Positions 36,615-46,070 of a stretch of DNA of 64,000 nucleotides are shown here, piece by piece. Under the pieces are notes generated by a model, which was not told where the DNA came from, made no database searches, and saw only the letters and a program-made list of their open reading frames with translations. How positions within the stretch are numbered: position 1 is the first letter of the stretch; each line of letters starts with the position of its first letter. Source of the stretch: an uncultured bacterium (lineage in GTDB: Bacteria; Chloroflexota; Limnocylindria; QHBO01); NCBI GenBank assembly GCA_965652075.1, contig CBFGTN010000004.1, positions 6,775 through 70,774 of the forward strand, read 5' to 3'. Made by a program: the position numbers and the translations under genes.

Positions 36615-37649
36615 CTAGCTGGCATAACGGTCGGCAGCCTGGCGCACCGAGCTGGCGACCGCCTTGCGCAACGCCTCCGGCTCGAGCACCTCGACGGCAC
36701 CGCCCCACGACATGATCCACGGCTGGATCTCGACGATCCCGTTGACGGTGACCGCGAGCTCGAGGCGTCCCCTCGGCAGTTCCGTGAGCTCCTGCGACCG
36801 GTGCCAGACCGCCTCGCGCACGCGGTGCGCGACCGAGGGTTCGAAGCGCAGCCGCACGCGGACCGGCGGCGTCGAGTCCGGCGACCAGATGCCCCACGCG
36901 TTGGCGAGCCAGGCGTCCGGGTCGAAGTCGGAGGGGATCTCGTATCGGTCCTGCGTGAGCGTCGCCGAGCGGATGCGCTCGACCTTGTACGTCCGCATCG
37001 CCGCGGCCGGCTCGTCGTAGCCGATGAGGTAGACGCTGCGGAGCGCGGCGTCGGGCTCCAGAAAGTAGGGGTGGACGCGGGTGCGCTTCTCCGTGCCGGT
37101 CCCGGGGTCGTAGACCAGCTCGACGACTCGGCCCTCGGCCCAGCCCCGAGCGACCGCGCTGAAGCTGCGCGTGAACGGCTCGTTCGGGTCGTGGGAGCCG
37201 ACCGCGAGCATCGTCGCGGTCACGTGCCGCGCGATCGGCTGCGGAAGCGCGTCGGCGAGCTTCGTGAACGCGCTGACCACGGCCGCGTCGTACTGGTCGC
37301 TCCAGCGCGCGATGAGCCGGGATGCGAGGAAGAGGACGATCGCCTCCGGCACCGACAGTCGGAGCGGAGGCAGGAAGAACTTGCGGTCGATCCCGTAGTG
37401 CCCGCGACCGGCCTGGTACACGGGCACCCCGAGCTCCTCGTCGAGAGCGTTGATGTCGCGGTAGACCGTCCGCGTGGTCATGCCGGTCAGCCGCGCGATC
37501 TCGCTGACCGCCACGCCCGTCTCGGTCCCGCCCTTGGAGTAGAGGATCGAGACGACGCTCAGCAGCCGGGCCAGCCGATCGCGCTTGCGCCCGATCCGGT
37601 CGTCGCCGCCGTCACCCCAGCCAGACCACCGATCGCTCTCGTCCAGCAC
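36615..37649 (-). CDS. WYL-domain transcriptional regulator (HTH–WYL–WCX; PafB/PafC-like)
   Basis: N-terminal HTH (VAVSEIARLTGMTTRTVYRDINALDEEL), a central WYL-type beta domain (RVHPYFLEPDAALRSVYLIGYD) and a C-terminal extension. Confidence 0.75.
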   Translation of the reverse strand: MLDESDRWSGWGDGGDDRIGRKRDRLARLLSVVSILYSKGGTETGVAVSEIARLTGMTTRTVYRDINALDEELGVPVYQAGRGHYGIDRKFFLPPLRLSVPEAIVLFLASRLIARWSDQYDAAVVSAFTKLADALPQPIARHVTATMLAVGSHDPNEPFTRSFSAVARGWAEGRVVELVYDPGTGTEKRTRVHPYFLEPDAALRSVYLIGYDEPAAAMRTYKVERIRSATLTQDRYEIPSDFDPDAWLANAWGIWSPDSTPPVRVRLRFEPSVAHRVREAVWHRSQELTELPRGRLELAVTVNGIVEIQPWIMSWGGAVEVLEPEALRKAVASSVRQAADRYAS

Positions 37650-37674
37650 GGCGCCGATGATAGACCGATGCCCG

Positions 37675-38409
37675 TCAGCCCTCGGGCGACGCGCTCGGCT
37701 CCGCCGACTGCGTTGGCGAGCCGGACGGTGCCGGAGTCCGCGTCGGCGCGGCCTCGCCGGGCAGCTGCGAGACGATCGATCGGTTCACCGCGTCGTCGAC
37801 GCCGATCAGCAGGAAGACGATGTCGCCGCTCGACCACGTGTAGATGTGCGTCCCCAGCGCCGTCGCGTTGTCCTCCGGGCGGGTCCACACGCGGGTGCCG
37901 TCGACGACCGCCCGTTTCCATGGCTTCGGGTCGAGCCCGGCGATCCCGACGTAGCGCCCCGCCGTGGCGAGGTGCGGCTTGAGGTCGGCGGTTCGCACGT
38001 CCGGGCCGTCGACGCGCATCGCGTACAGCGACGTGCGCGGCTCGACCGCGTAGGCGAGCACGAGGGATCGGAAGCGGTCCCCGATCTCGCCGTACGCGAT
38101 GGCGACGTCGCCGGGGGTGAGGGCGAACTCATCGAAGGGCGCGACCGTGATCGTCACGCCGCGCGCCTCCGTCGGGATGAGGGCCGCCAGATCGTCGTCC
38201 GGCTCGTTCGTGAAGCGCGGCGTCGGCTCTGGCGTGGGGCTTGGCGTGGGGGTCGGCACCGACGTCGCGAGCGTCGTCGGTGCGGCCGACGTGGGCGGAG
38301 CCTCGGACGGCGTCTCGGCGCTCGAGCACGCGCCGGTGACCAGGGCAATGACGAGCGCCAGTCCCGCCGCCGGTGCCGGGCGTGGCGGGGCGAGGCGAGC
38401 GGTCGTCAT
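37675..38409 (-). CDS. Lipoprotein (hypothetical) with a PT-rich linker
   Basis: Signal peptide plus lipobox (LVTGAC), a PTPTPSPTPEPTP linker and a beta-rich C-domain. Confidence 0.55.
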   Translation of the reverse strand: MTTARLAPPRPAPAAGLALVIALVTGACSSAETPSEAPPTSAAPTTLATSVPTPTPSPTPEPTPRFTNEPDDDLAALIPTEARGVTITVAPFDEFALTPGDVAIAYGEIGDRFRSLVLAYAVEPRTSLYAMRVDGPDVRTADLKPHLATAGRYVGIAGLDPKPWKRAVVDGTRVWTRPEDNATALGTHIYTWSSGDIVFLLIGVDDAVNRSIVSQLPGEAAPTRTPAPSGSPTQSAEPSASPEG

Positions 38410-38427
38410 CGGCCGCGGAATGATACC

Positions 38428-41400
38428 TCAGGCCGCCCCGCGCTCCTCCTCGCTCCGCACGTCCGTCCGGCGCCGGCGCCGGCCGACGTCGCCGCGGTCC
38501 GCGACGACCGCCGCGAGCGTCTCGAGGACCTCGCGTCGGTATCCGGCCGGCAGCGCTCGCAGCTCGGCCATCGCCTCGGCCCGTCCGAGCCGCGGCGCCG
38601 AGCCGCCCGACACGAGCTCGTCGTAGTCGTTCGCCGCCCCGACGATGTGTGCCCCGATCGGCACGCCTCGGCTGCGCCGGCGACCCGCCGCGAGCCGCCG
38701 ATAGCCCTCGATGAGCGCGCCGACCTCGCGCAGAGACGGGATCGGGGCAAGCTCAGCGACGCCGCGCGCGTCGAGCAGGTGGAGGCGGCCGGCGAGCTCG
38801 ATGCTGCTCCGTTCCTCGTCTGCGAGACCGAGCCTGCCGGCCACCGCGGACGCCAGCCGGCCGACGCGGTCGGCGTGCCCGCGGGCGGCGGCCCCGCGCC
38901 CGTCGAGCGAGCGAGCGATCGTCAGGAGCGCGTCGCGCAGGGTGTCCTGCCCCTCGTGCTGCGGGCCGGCCAGCTGGCTCGCACGCTCGACGAGGTGCTC
39001 GACCGCGTGCTCGTCATCGCTGTCGCGGAGAGCGGCCGAGGCGAGCTCCTCCAGCGTGCCGCGCAGGTCGCCGACGTCGGCGGCCAGGCGGTCGGCGCGA
39101 ACGACGCGGTTCTCGCCTGCACGCTTGCCGTAGTACAGGGCGGTGTCCGCTGCGGCGATGAGGCCGGCGCGATCCGTGGCGTCGCCCGGGAGCCCGGCGA
39201 CGCCGACGGTGATCGTGACGGGCGTCGGATCGGCGGCGGTCAGCGCGGACACGGCGCGCCGGATGCGGTTCGCGACGCGAGCCGCCTCGGTGACGCCGGT
39301 GTGCGGAAGGATGATCGCGAACTCGTCGCCGCCGTAGCGATAGACGCGGTCGTCGCTTCGGGCGGCGCCGTAGATCGCCGTCGCGGCACGGTGGAGCAGT
39401 GCGTCGCCCGCGGGGTGCCCGTGGCGGTCGTTGTAGGCCTTGAAGCTGTCGAGATCCATCATCAGCACCGCCAGTCGCGGGCGACCGGGCGCGTCCCCGA
39501 GATGCTCGACGAAGCCGCCGAGGTCGCGCTGGAAGGCACCGTGGTTGGAGAGGCCGGTGAGCGCATCGGTCTCGGCGCGCTGGCTCACGGCCCGGTGCGT
39601 GTCGGCATTGCGCAGGGCGATCGAGGCCTGGCCGGCGAACAGCTGAATGAGCTCGAAGTCGCTCTCGCTGAAGTACACCTCCGGCCCGCCGAGGCGCGAG
39701 ACGTTGAGCGCGCCGAGCACCTCGCCCTCCGCGACGAGGGGCACGACGACGACGGCCTCGGGGTCCGGCGGCGTGCCGGGAATCTGCAACGCGCGCGGAT
39801 CGCTCAGCGCGTCGTTGGCGAGGATCGGCTGGGAGTGCTCGACCGCCCATCCCATGAGCCCGCGCCCGAAGGGGATCGCATAGCGACCCACCTCCTCGGC
39901 ATGCTGTTCGCGGGTGAGGACCGGCGTCATCACCAGTTCGGCGGGATCGGTCCGATAGACGGACAGGTTGTCGTAGGCGACGACGTCGCGCAGGCCGTCG
40001 GCGATCGTCTCCAGCACGTCGGCGTGATCGAGGGCGGACAGCAGCCGCTCGTTGATCTGCAGCAGCCGTCGCTGGGAGTCCGCCCGGCGCGCCAGCTCGC
40101 TCGACTGGTCGATGAGCCGCTCGTAGCTCGTGGCGTTGGCCATCGCCTGCGCGGCGTAGCCCGCGAAGATCGACATCGTCTGCAGGTCGTCGTCGGTGAA
40201 GCGGTGGAAGCCGAGCTGGCTCAGGACGATGACGCCGAGCGCCCGACCCTCGTACAGCATCGGCACGACGAGCATCGACTCGGGCACGTCCTCCGTGCCG
40301 TCGATCGTCTTGCCCCGGTCGTCGTCGAGCGCGTCGTTGACGAGCAGCGGTTCGCCGTGCTCGGCGACCCAGCCCGTGAACCCCTCGCCGATCTCGACCC
40401 GCAGCCGCTCCACCGCGTTCTCCGGGTCGCCGTCCAGCATCTCGCGCGTGAACGCGATCGGATCGCACACGTTCCGCTCCCAGTCGACCTCGTAGACGCG
40501 GATGTCGTGGAAGTCCGCCAGCGGCTCGGCCTCGGCGACGATCGCCTCAGCGATCGCCTTGACATCGGTCAGTCGGTTCAGACGCGCCGACAGGTCCTGG
40601 ATCGATCGCATGCGGGCGGCCTGCGACGCGACGGACCGGTAGAGTCGCGCGTTCTGGATCGCGACCGCGGCCTGGTCGGCGAACGCATGGACCAGCGCGA
40701 CCTCCTCCTCCGGCCACGTCCGCTCGTTGCGGTGATAGAGGCCGAGCAGGCCGAGCGACTCGTCGGCGCCGACGAGTGGCACCAGGCAGACGGTCTGAAT
40801 GCCCTCGGCGAGGTAGCTGTCGCGGAGCGCGCCGATGCCGTCGTCGTCGAGCGATCTGGCGAACGGCCGCCGCTCGCGGAGCGTGCGCACCCCGACCGTA
40901 TCGGCGTCGAAGCGCAGGTCGGCGACGCGCGCCAGGAACGCATCGGACAGGCCGTGCTGCGCCGCGACCTTGAACGGTCGCTCGTCCCCGGGGGTCACGA
41001 GCCAGAGCCCAGCCTTGTCGGCCTCGAACAGCGAGCGCGTGAGATCGACGACCTCGCCGAGCACCGCCGTCAGGTCGAGCGTGCCGGTGAGCTCCTTCGT
41101 GACGGAGCGCAACGCGCGTGCGCGCTGGAGCTCCCGGCGTGCGCGGCCAAGGAGACCGGTGCTCGCCAGCGTCGTGCCGACCGTCGCGGACAGGGACCGG
41201 CGGAAGGCGGCGGACATGCCGGCGCCGGACTCGGCGTCGATGACGAGGACGCCGATCGGCCCGCGCTTCACTGCGAGCACGATCTCCACCTCGTCGCCAG
41301 CGGAGTCGGTCGAGCGGGTGGCGGGCGGAGCCTGGCCGAAGCCCCCGTGCGCGACGAGCCCGTAGGGCGGACTGTCGCCGACGTAGACGGCAACGCGGTC

Positions 41401-41739
41401 GACGCCGAGCTCGGCGCGCAGCGCCTCGACGACGGCGCGGGCGACCGATGCGGTGTTCGGGGAAGTGGCGAGCCCGGCCGCGATCCGGCCGAACACGGCG
41501 AGCTCCCCGGCGCGGTCGGTTGGCGCGTCGTCGTGCGGGGCGACGTCCTCCCCGCCGCGATCCTCGACGAGCAGGCGCTCGACGTCGCTTCGGCGGAAGC
41601 GCCGGTCGCCGCGGGCGTTGATGCGGTAGGCAGCGAGGCGACCGGCATCGGTCCAGGTGCGAATCGTGTTCGGGTGCACGCCGAGGAGCGTCGCCGCCTG
41701 GGCGACCGTCAGCAGCGTCTGGGCATCATCGCGCGACAC
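38428..41739 (-). CDS. Multidomain signalling protein: excisionase/MerR-type HTH – tandem GAF domains – GGDEF diguanylate cyclase – C-terminal degenerate HD-like domain
   Basis: N-terminus: LLTVAQAATLLGVHPNTIRTWTDAGRL (an HTH_17-like domain). Three GAF-like modules follow, then a GGDEF domain with an intact RYGGDEF site. The C-terminus (GHADRVGRLAS...LAGRLHLLDARG) resembles a degenerate HD/HD-GYP. Confidence 0.8.
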   Translation of the reverse strand: MSRDDAQTLLTVAQAATLLGVHPNTIRTWTDAGRLAAYRINARGDRRFRRSDVERLLVEDRGGEDVAPHDDAPTDRAGELAVFGRIAAGLATSPNTASVARAVVEALRAELGVDRVAVYVGDSPPYGLVAHGGFGQAPPATRSTDSAGDEVEIVLAVKRGPIGVLVIDAESGAGMSAAFRRSLSATVGTTLASTGLLGRARRELQRARALRSVTKELTGTLDLTAVLGEVVDLTRSLFEADKAGLWLVTPGDERPFKVAAQHGLSDAFLARVADLRFDADTVGVRTLRERRPFARSLDDDGIGALRDSYLAEGIQTVCLVPLVGADESLGLLGLYHRNERTWPEEEVALVHAFADQAAVAIQNARLYRSVASQAARMRSIQDLSARLNRLTDVKAIAEAIVAEAEPLADFHDIRVYEVDWERNVCDPIAFTREMLDGDPENAVERLRVEIGEGFTGWVAEHGEPLLVNDALDDDRGKTIDGTEDVPESMLVVPMLYEGRALGVIVLSQLGFHRFTDDDLQTMSIFAGYAAQAMANATSYERLIDQSSELARRADSQRRLLQINERLLSALDHADVLETIADGLRDVVAYDNLSVYRTDPAELVMTPVLTREQHAEEVGRYAIPFGRGLMGWAVEHSQPILANDALSDPRALQIPGTPPDPEAVVVVPLVAEGEVLGALNVSRLGGPEVYFSESDFELIQLFAGQASIALRNADTHRAVSQRAETDALTGLSNHGAFQRDLGGFVEHLGDAPGRPRLAVLMMDLDSFKAYNDRHGHPAGDALLHRAATAIYGAARSDDRVYRYGGDEFAIILPHTGVTEAARVANRIRRAVSALTAADPTPVTITVGVAGLPGDATDRAGLIAAADTALYYGKRAGENRVVRADRLAADVGDLRGTLEELASAALRDSDDEHAVEHLVERASQLAGPQHEGQDTLRDALLTIARSLDGRGAAARGHADRVGRLASAVAGRLGLADEERSSIELAGRLHLLDARGVAELAPIPSLREVGALIEGYRRLAAGRRRSRGVPIGAHIVGAANDYDELVSGGSAPRLGRAEAMAELRALPAGYRREVLETLAAVVADRGDVGRRRRRTDVRSEEERGAA

Positions 41740-41879
41740 CGGCCGGACCCCGTCATCGTCTCACCAGGCCGCGCCCGAAGGGCGAATGGAGCTTCTGGTA
41801 AGAACCGTGGACCCGATGCTAGAAACGGGATGTTCGGGGTGCGATGCCCCATTCGTACCGGCTCGCCCCGGACGTCGGC

Positions 41880-42620
41880 CTAGAGCAGGGATCCGACCAG
41901 CAGGCCGATGACGCCGACGATGGCGAGCGCAACGCCGAGACCGATGCCGACAATGCTGAGGGCGACGATCCGACGCTGCCTGCCGCCGAGGAGGCGCATC
42001 GCGTCGTCGAGGTCCAGGTTGCTGATGACGAACCCGCCGGGAGGCGGCTCCAGCCGCACGCGGCCGCCCTCGTCGCGCTGGGGCTGTGCGACCACGAGCA
42101 GGCGGTCGGTGATCGTCAGCGTGCGCACCGTGGATCGCGCGGCGGTTGCCGGACCGTGACGCTCGGCGAGGCGCTCGACCGCGGAGGCGTGCGGCTCCTC
42201 GAGGGCGGACGGGTCGCCGCGCCAGACCTTCGGGATCGTGATCAGCGGGTCGGCCGCGAGCGCGGGGTCGACGGAGATCGCACCGTCGTGGTCCCACAGC
42301 TCGAACGACCTCGTCTCGCGCATCCGCTCGACGCTGCGCCACTTCCCGCCGACGAGGACCTCGATGTCGCGATGAAAGGCCACGAGCTGCTCGTCCCCGG
42401 TGTCGAGGGGCTCGCGGCAACGGACCCGGCCGGCGACTCGCACGGCTCGTCCCGGCAGGTCGCCCCGGTCGAGCAGCCGGCCGACCTTCACCTCGCGCGG
42501 GCCGGCCAGCCGGCGGGCCAGCCCGGGCCGCGCGCCCGACCCACGGAGCGCGATCCACGACCCGATCGCCGCGAGCGTCCCAACGAGCGCGACGAACCCG
42601 AAGACGAGCTGGGCCGGCAC
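41880..42620 (-). CDS. Hypothetical membrane protein with TM helices at both termini
   Basis: 246 aa. N-terminal TM (LVFGFVALVGTLAAIGSWIAL), a soluble core, and a C-terminal TM (IVALSIVGIGLGVALAIVGVIGLLVGSLL). Confidence 0.5.
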   Translation of the reverse strand: MPAQLVFGFVALVGTLAAIGSWIALRGSGARPGLARRLAGPREVKVGRLLDRGDLPGRAVRVAGRVRCREPLDTGDEQLVAFHRDIEVLVGGKWRSVERMRETRSFELWDHDGAISVDPALAADPLITIPKVWRGDPSALEEPHASAVERLAERHGPATAARSTVRTLTITDRLLVVAQPQRDEGGRVRLEPPPGGFVISNLDLDDAMRLLGGRQRRIVALSIVGIGLGVALAIVGVIGLLVGSLL

Positions 42621-42622
42621 GA

Positions 42623-43111
42623 TCAGGCGAGCTCCGCGGCGGCCAGGTCCACGACCGTGCCACCGCTGGCCCGGACGAGGTCGGCCGGGGCCAGCGCGAA
42701 CACCGCGTCCGGCAGGCCGGCGGCCGCCCAGATCACGTCGTGGCGCTCGAGATCGCGGTCGACGAGAACGGTCGTGGCGGCGACGTGGCCGAAGGGCGGG
42801 ACGCCGCCGATCGCGAACCCCGTGGCGGCGCGAGCCTCGTCCCCGTCCGCCCGACGCGCGCTCGTCGCACCCGCGGCCGCCGCGAGCTTCTGGAGGTCGA
42901 CCCGGTTCGCGCCGGAGACGAGCGCCACGACCGGGCGGCCGTCCGCGACGAACACGAGCGACTTCACGATCTGCGCGACGTCGCAGCCGACGGCACGGGC
43001 GGCGTCGGCGGCCGTGCGCGTGCCCTGCGGGAAGCGCTGAACCTCGATCGTGAGCCCGTGTTCCGCGGCGGCCTCGACCACGCGGCCGACATTCGGGTGC
43101 ATCGCCGGCAT
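42623..43111 (-). CDS. YbaK/ProX-type aminoacyl-tRNA editing (deacylase) domain protein
   Basis: 162 aa (VGCDVAQIVKSLVFVADGRPVVALVSGANRVDLQKL...GGVPPFGH). It is the 3' portion of a long tracked ORF, trimmed to the ATG at 43111. Confidence 0.75.
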   Translation of the reverse strand: MPAMHPNVGRVVEAAAEHGLTIEVQRFPQGTRTAADAARAVGCDVAQIVKSLVFVADGRPVVALVSGANRVDLQKLAAAAGATSARRADGDEARAATGFAIGGVPPFGHVAATTVLVDRDLERHDVIWAAAGLPDAVFALAPADLVRASGGTVVDLAAAELA

Positions 43112-43144
43112 GGTAGGTGGCGTGCTAGGCTGGCCGCACAACCC

Positions 43145-43241
43145 AAGAGACGACAGGGGAGCGCCACCGCGCTGAGAGTGCGACGTCCGGAACGTCGCAG
43201 ACCCTCGAACCTGATCCGGGTCATGCCGGCGAAGGAAGTCG
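43145..43241 (+). promoter_or_regulatory. TPP (THI-box) riboswitch
   Basis: CAGGGGAGCGCC...GCTGAGA...ACCCTCGAACCTGATCCGGGTCATGCCGGCGAAGGAAG matches the THI-element consensus (CUGAGA, ACCC...GAACCUGAUCYGGNUNAUGCCRGCGNAGGGAA). The 3' GAAGGAAG doubles as the SD for the ATG at 43242. Confidence 0.8.
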
Positions 43242-43991
43242 ATGCAGCCCGTCGCGGCGCGCCTCATCCCCGGTCGACCTGACCGGACCCGGCGCGCCGT
43301 CGTCGTTCTCGCGGACATCTGGCCGATGGAGGAACCGATGCGGATCGTCGTCGTCGCGTCCGGCGCGCTGGCTCCGGGCGACGAGGCACGGCTCGACGGG
43401 GCAGACGCGGTCATCGCCGCCGACGGCGGTGCCGCCGCCCTCGACCGGCTCGGCCGGCGGCCGGACCGAATCGTCGGCGACCTCGACTCGGCGGAGGCCA
43501 CCCTCGTCGAGCGGCTCGAGGCCGCCGGCGTCCGGATCGATCGGCACCCGGTGGACAAGGAGGCGTCGGACACCGAGCTGGCCGTGCGCGCCGCCATCGC
43601 CGATGGGGCGGCTCGCGTCGACATGCTCGGGGCGACGGGCGGCGATCGCCTGGACCATGAGCTGGCGAACATCCTGCTGCTCGCGGAGCCGGAGTTCGAC
43701 ACGGTCGAGCTGCGGGCGATCGTCGGTCCGACGACGGTCCGCCGGCTGCGAGGCGGCGGGGCGATCACCCTCGACGGCAGCGTCGGCGACCTCGTCACGC
43801 TGCTCCCGATCGGCGGCGACGCTCGGGGCGTCACGACGGGCGGCCTGCGCTGGCCGCTCGACGGGGCGACGCTGCCAATGGGCGGCTCGCGCGGCCTGTC
43901 GAACGTCATCGTCGAGCCGGGCGCATCGGTCCGGCTCCGCGAGGGGGTGCTCCTCGTCGTCGAAACCGCACCCACGGGAGACCACACATGA
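43242..43991 (+). CDS. thiN: Thiamine pyrophosphokinase
   Basis: TPK motifs AADGGA, IVGDLDS, KDASDTELAVRAA and GATGGDRLDH. It is the first gene after the TPP riboswitch. Confidence 0.75.
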   Translation: MQPVAARLIPGRPDRTRRAVVVLADIWPMEEPMRIVVVASGALAPGDEARLDGADAVIAADGGAAALDRLGRRPDRIVGDLDSAEATLVERLEAAGVRIDRHPVDKEASDTELAVRAAIADGAARVDMLGATGGDRLDHELANILLLAEPEFDTVELRAIVGPTTVRRLRGGGAITLDGSVGDLVTLLPIGGDARGVTTGGLRWPLDGATLPMGGSRGLSNVIVEPGASVRLREGVLLVVETAPTGDHT

Positions 43992-44584
43992 CCACCACCT
44001 CGGCCGGCCGCGACCACGGCTGGCGCACCGTCGACATCGTCGTCGCCGCGGGCATCGCCGTCGCCTTCGGCGTCGTCTTTCTGCTTTGGAATGCGATCGC
44101 CGCGTTCACGACGCCGGCGTTCGCGTTCTTCCCCCCGGCCCAGGCGGTCCTCAATGGCCTCTGGCTGCTGCCCGCCGTCCTCATCGGGCTCATCGTCCGC
44201 CTCCCGGGCGCGGCGTTCTTCGGGGGCTTCGTCTCGGCCGCGGTGTCGGTCCTGCTCGGATCCCTGTACGGCGTCGACGCCCTCGTCTCGGGGCTGGTGC
44301 AGGGTGCCGGCGCGGAGATCGGGTTCGCGCTCGGTCTCTATCGGCGCTGGAACCTGCCGTTCGCGATGCTCTCCGGCGCGCTGTCCGGCGTTGCGGCGAC
44401 CCTTCACGACGTGCCGCTCTACTACGTCGGCGCGGGCGCCGACGTATGGCTCGTGTACCTGGTCGCATCGGTCGCCAGCGGCGCGATCGTGGCGGGCCTT
44501 GGCGCGTGGCTGCTCGTTCGCGCCCTCGTGCGGACCGGCGTCCTCCGCGACTTCGCGGTCGGTCGCGACCAGCGCCCGGTCTGA
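43988..44584 (+). CDS. ECF transporter S (substrate-capture) component, thiamine/HMP-type (YkoE-like)
   Basis: About 6 TM helices over 198 aa. ATGA overlap with thiN. Lies in the riboswitch-controlled ECF operon. Confidence 0.65.
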   Translation: MTTTSAGRDHGWRTVDIVVAAGIAVAFGVVFLLWNAIAAFTTPAFAFFPPAQAVLNGLWLLPAVLIGLIVRLPGAAFFGGFVSAAVSVLLGSLYGVDALVSGLVQGAGAEIGFALGLYRRWNLPFAMLSGALSGVAATLHDVPLYYVGAGADVWLVYLVASVASGAIVAGLGAWLLVRALVRTGVLRDFAVGRDQRPV

Positions 44585-44609
44585 CCGGCGACGCGCCGGA
44601 GCTCGGACC

Positions 44610-46070
44610 GTGATCGGTCGGGTCGCGCCGGCGCGCGTCGAGGCGCGTGGCTGGGGGATTCGCCACCCCGGCCGACGAGCGTGGGCGCTGCGGGGCGTCG
44701 ACCTCGTCATCGAAGCCGGGGAGCGCGTCCTCCTCCTCGGCCCGTCCGGAGCCGGGAAGTCCACCTTCCTGGCAGCGGTCGCGGGGCTGCTCGATCCGCG
44801 ATCGGCCGAGCTCACGGGGACGCTCCTCGTCGACGGGCTCGACCCGCGCGACGCCCGAGACCGCACCGGCCTCCTGTTCCAGGATCCGGAGGCGCAGATC
44901 GTCATGGCCAGGGCCGGCGACGAGGTCGCCTTCGGGCTCGAGAACCGATGCGTCCCGCCGGAGGCGATCTGGCCCAGGGTCGACGCGGCCCTCGCCGCGG
45001 TCGACTTCCCGTACGGTCGCGATCGCTCGACCGAGGCGCTGTCGGGCGGCGAGCAGCAGCGACTCGCCCTGGCCGCGACGCTCGCGCTCGCGCCCGGCCT
45101 GCTGATGCTCGACGAGCCGACGGCCAACCTGGACCCGGACGCGGCGGCCGCCGTGCGCGGCGTCGTCGGCGAGGCCGTCGACCGGCTGGGAGCGACGCTC
45201 ATCCTCGTTGAGCATCGCGTCGGTGAGTTCCTTCCGCTCGTCGATCGCGTCGTCGTGCTCGAGGCCGGCGGAGGCGTCGTGGCGGATGGCGCGCCACGCG
45301 CCGTCTTTGCCGATCACGGGGCCCGGCTCGCCGAGGCGGGGGTATGGATCCCGGACCACCCGCCCGCGGCGGCAAGGCGCGCGGAGCCGCCGCCACCCGA
45401 GACGCTCGTCATCGCCGACGAGGCGACCTATCGCTACCGCGGTGAGCTGCGCGACGCGCTGGCTGCGGTCAGCGTCTCCGTTCGCTCGTCCGAGGCGATC
45501 GCGTTCGTCGGTCCGACGGGAAGCGGGAAGTCGACGCTCGCGCTGCTGCTCGCGGGGCTCCTGGTGCCGTCCGCCGGGGACGTCGTTGCGGGGGAGGCTC
45601 TCGCGCCCGGTCGCGGCCGCGAGGCGATCTCGGGCTGGCGCGCCCGTGAGCTGGCAGCGCATATCGGCACCGTGTTTCAGGACCCGGAGCATCAGTTCCT
45701 TGCCGGTACCGTCCGCGAGGAGCTGCTCCTCGGGCCGCGGCGTGCGGGCGTCTCCGCGGCCGCCGCCGCGGTCCGGGTCGACGAGCTCCTGGAGCGCCTC
45801 CGGCTCGGAAGCCTGGCGGAGGTCAACCCGTTCACCCTCTCCGGTGGCGAGCAGCGGCGCCTGTCGGTGGCCACGGCCCTTGCGACGGCGCCGCGGTTGC
45901 TCGTCCTCGACGAGCCGACGTTCGGCCAGGACCGGCGGACGTGGGCCGAGCTCGTCCACCTGCTGTCGGCGCTGCGGGACGACGGGCGCGGCATCTGCGT
46001 CGCGACCCATGACCGCGCGTTCGAGCACGCGATCGCGGATCGGACGCTCCGGCTGGGCGCTCGCTCGTGA
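44610..46070 (+). CDS. ECF transporter ATPase, duplicated (fused EcfA-EcfA', YkoD-like)
   Basis: Two complete ABC cassettes (Walker A GPSGAGKST and GPTGSGKST; signatures LSGGEQQRL twice; Walker B LLMLDEPT / LLVLDEPT). GTG start at 44610. Confidence 0.85.
   Translation: MIGRVAPARVEARGWGIRHPGRRAWALRGVDLVIEAGERVLLLGPSGAGKSTFLAAVAGLLDPRSAELTGTLLVDGLDPRDARDRTGLLFQDPEAQIVMARAGDEVAFGLENRCVPPEAIWPRVDAALAAVDFPYGRDRSTEALSGGEQQRLALAATLALAPGLLMLDEPTANLDPDAAAAVRGVVGEAVDRLGATLILVEHRVGEFLPLVDRVVVLEAGGGVVADGAPRAVFADHGARLAEAGVWIPDHPPAAARRAEPPPPETLVIADEATYRYRGELRDALAAVSVSVRSSEAIAFVGPTGSGKSTLALLLAGLLVPSAGDVVAGEALAPGRGREAISGWRARELAAHIGTVFQDPEHQFLAGTVREELLLGPRRAGVSAAAAAVRVDELLERLRLGSLAEVNPFTLSGGEQRRLSVATALATAPRLLVLDEPTFGQDRRTWAELVHLLSALRDDGRGICVATHDRAFEHAIADRTLRLGARS

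Noticed and set aside
37585-41883. A 1432-aa ORF on the plus strand
   Set aside because: It is antisense to the HTH-GAF-GGDEF gene. Its translation is R/G/A/P/D-rich with no motifs, the typical high-GC artefact. The minus-strand frame has clear GAF and GGDEF signatures.
42623-45202. An 859-aa minus-strand ORF spanning the YbaK gene, the TPP riboswitch and the thiN/ECF genes
   Set aside because: Only the last 162 codons (42623-43111) look like a real protein, YbaK. The rest is antisense to the riboswitch operon and of junk composition.
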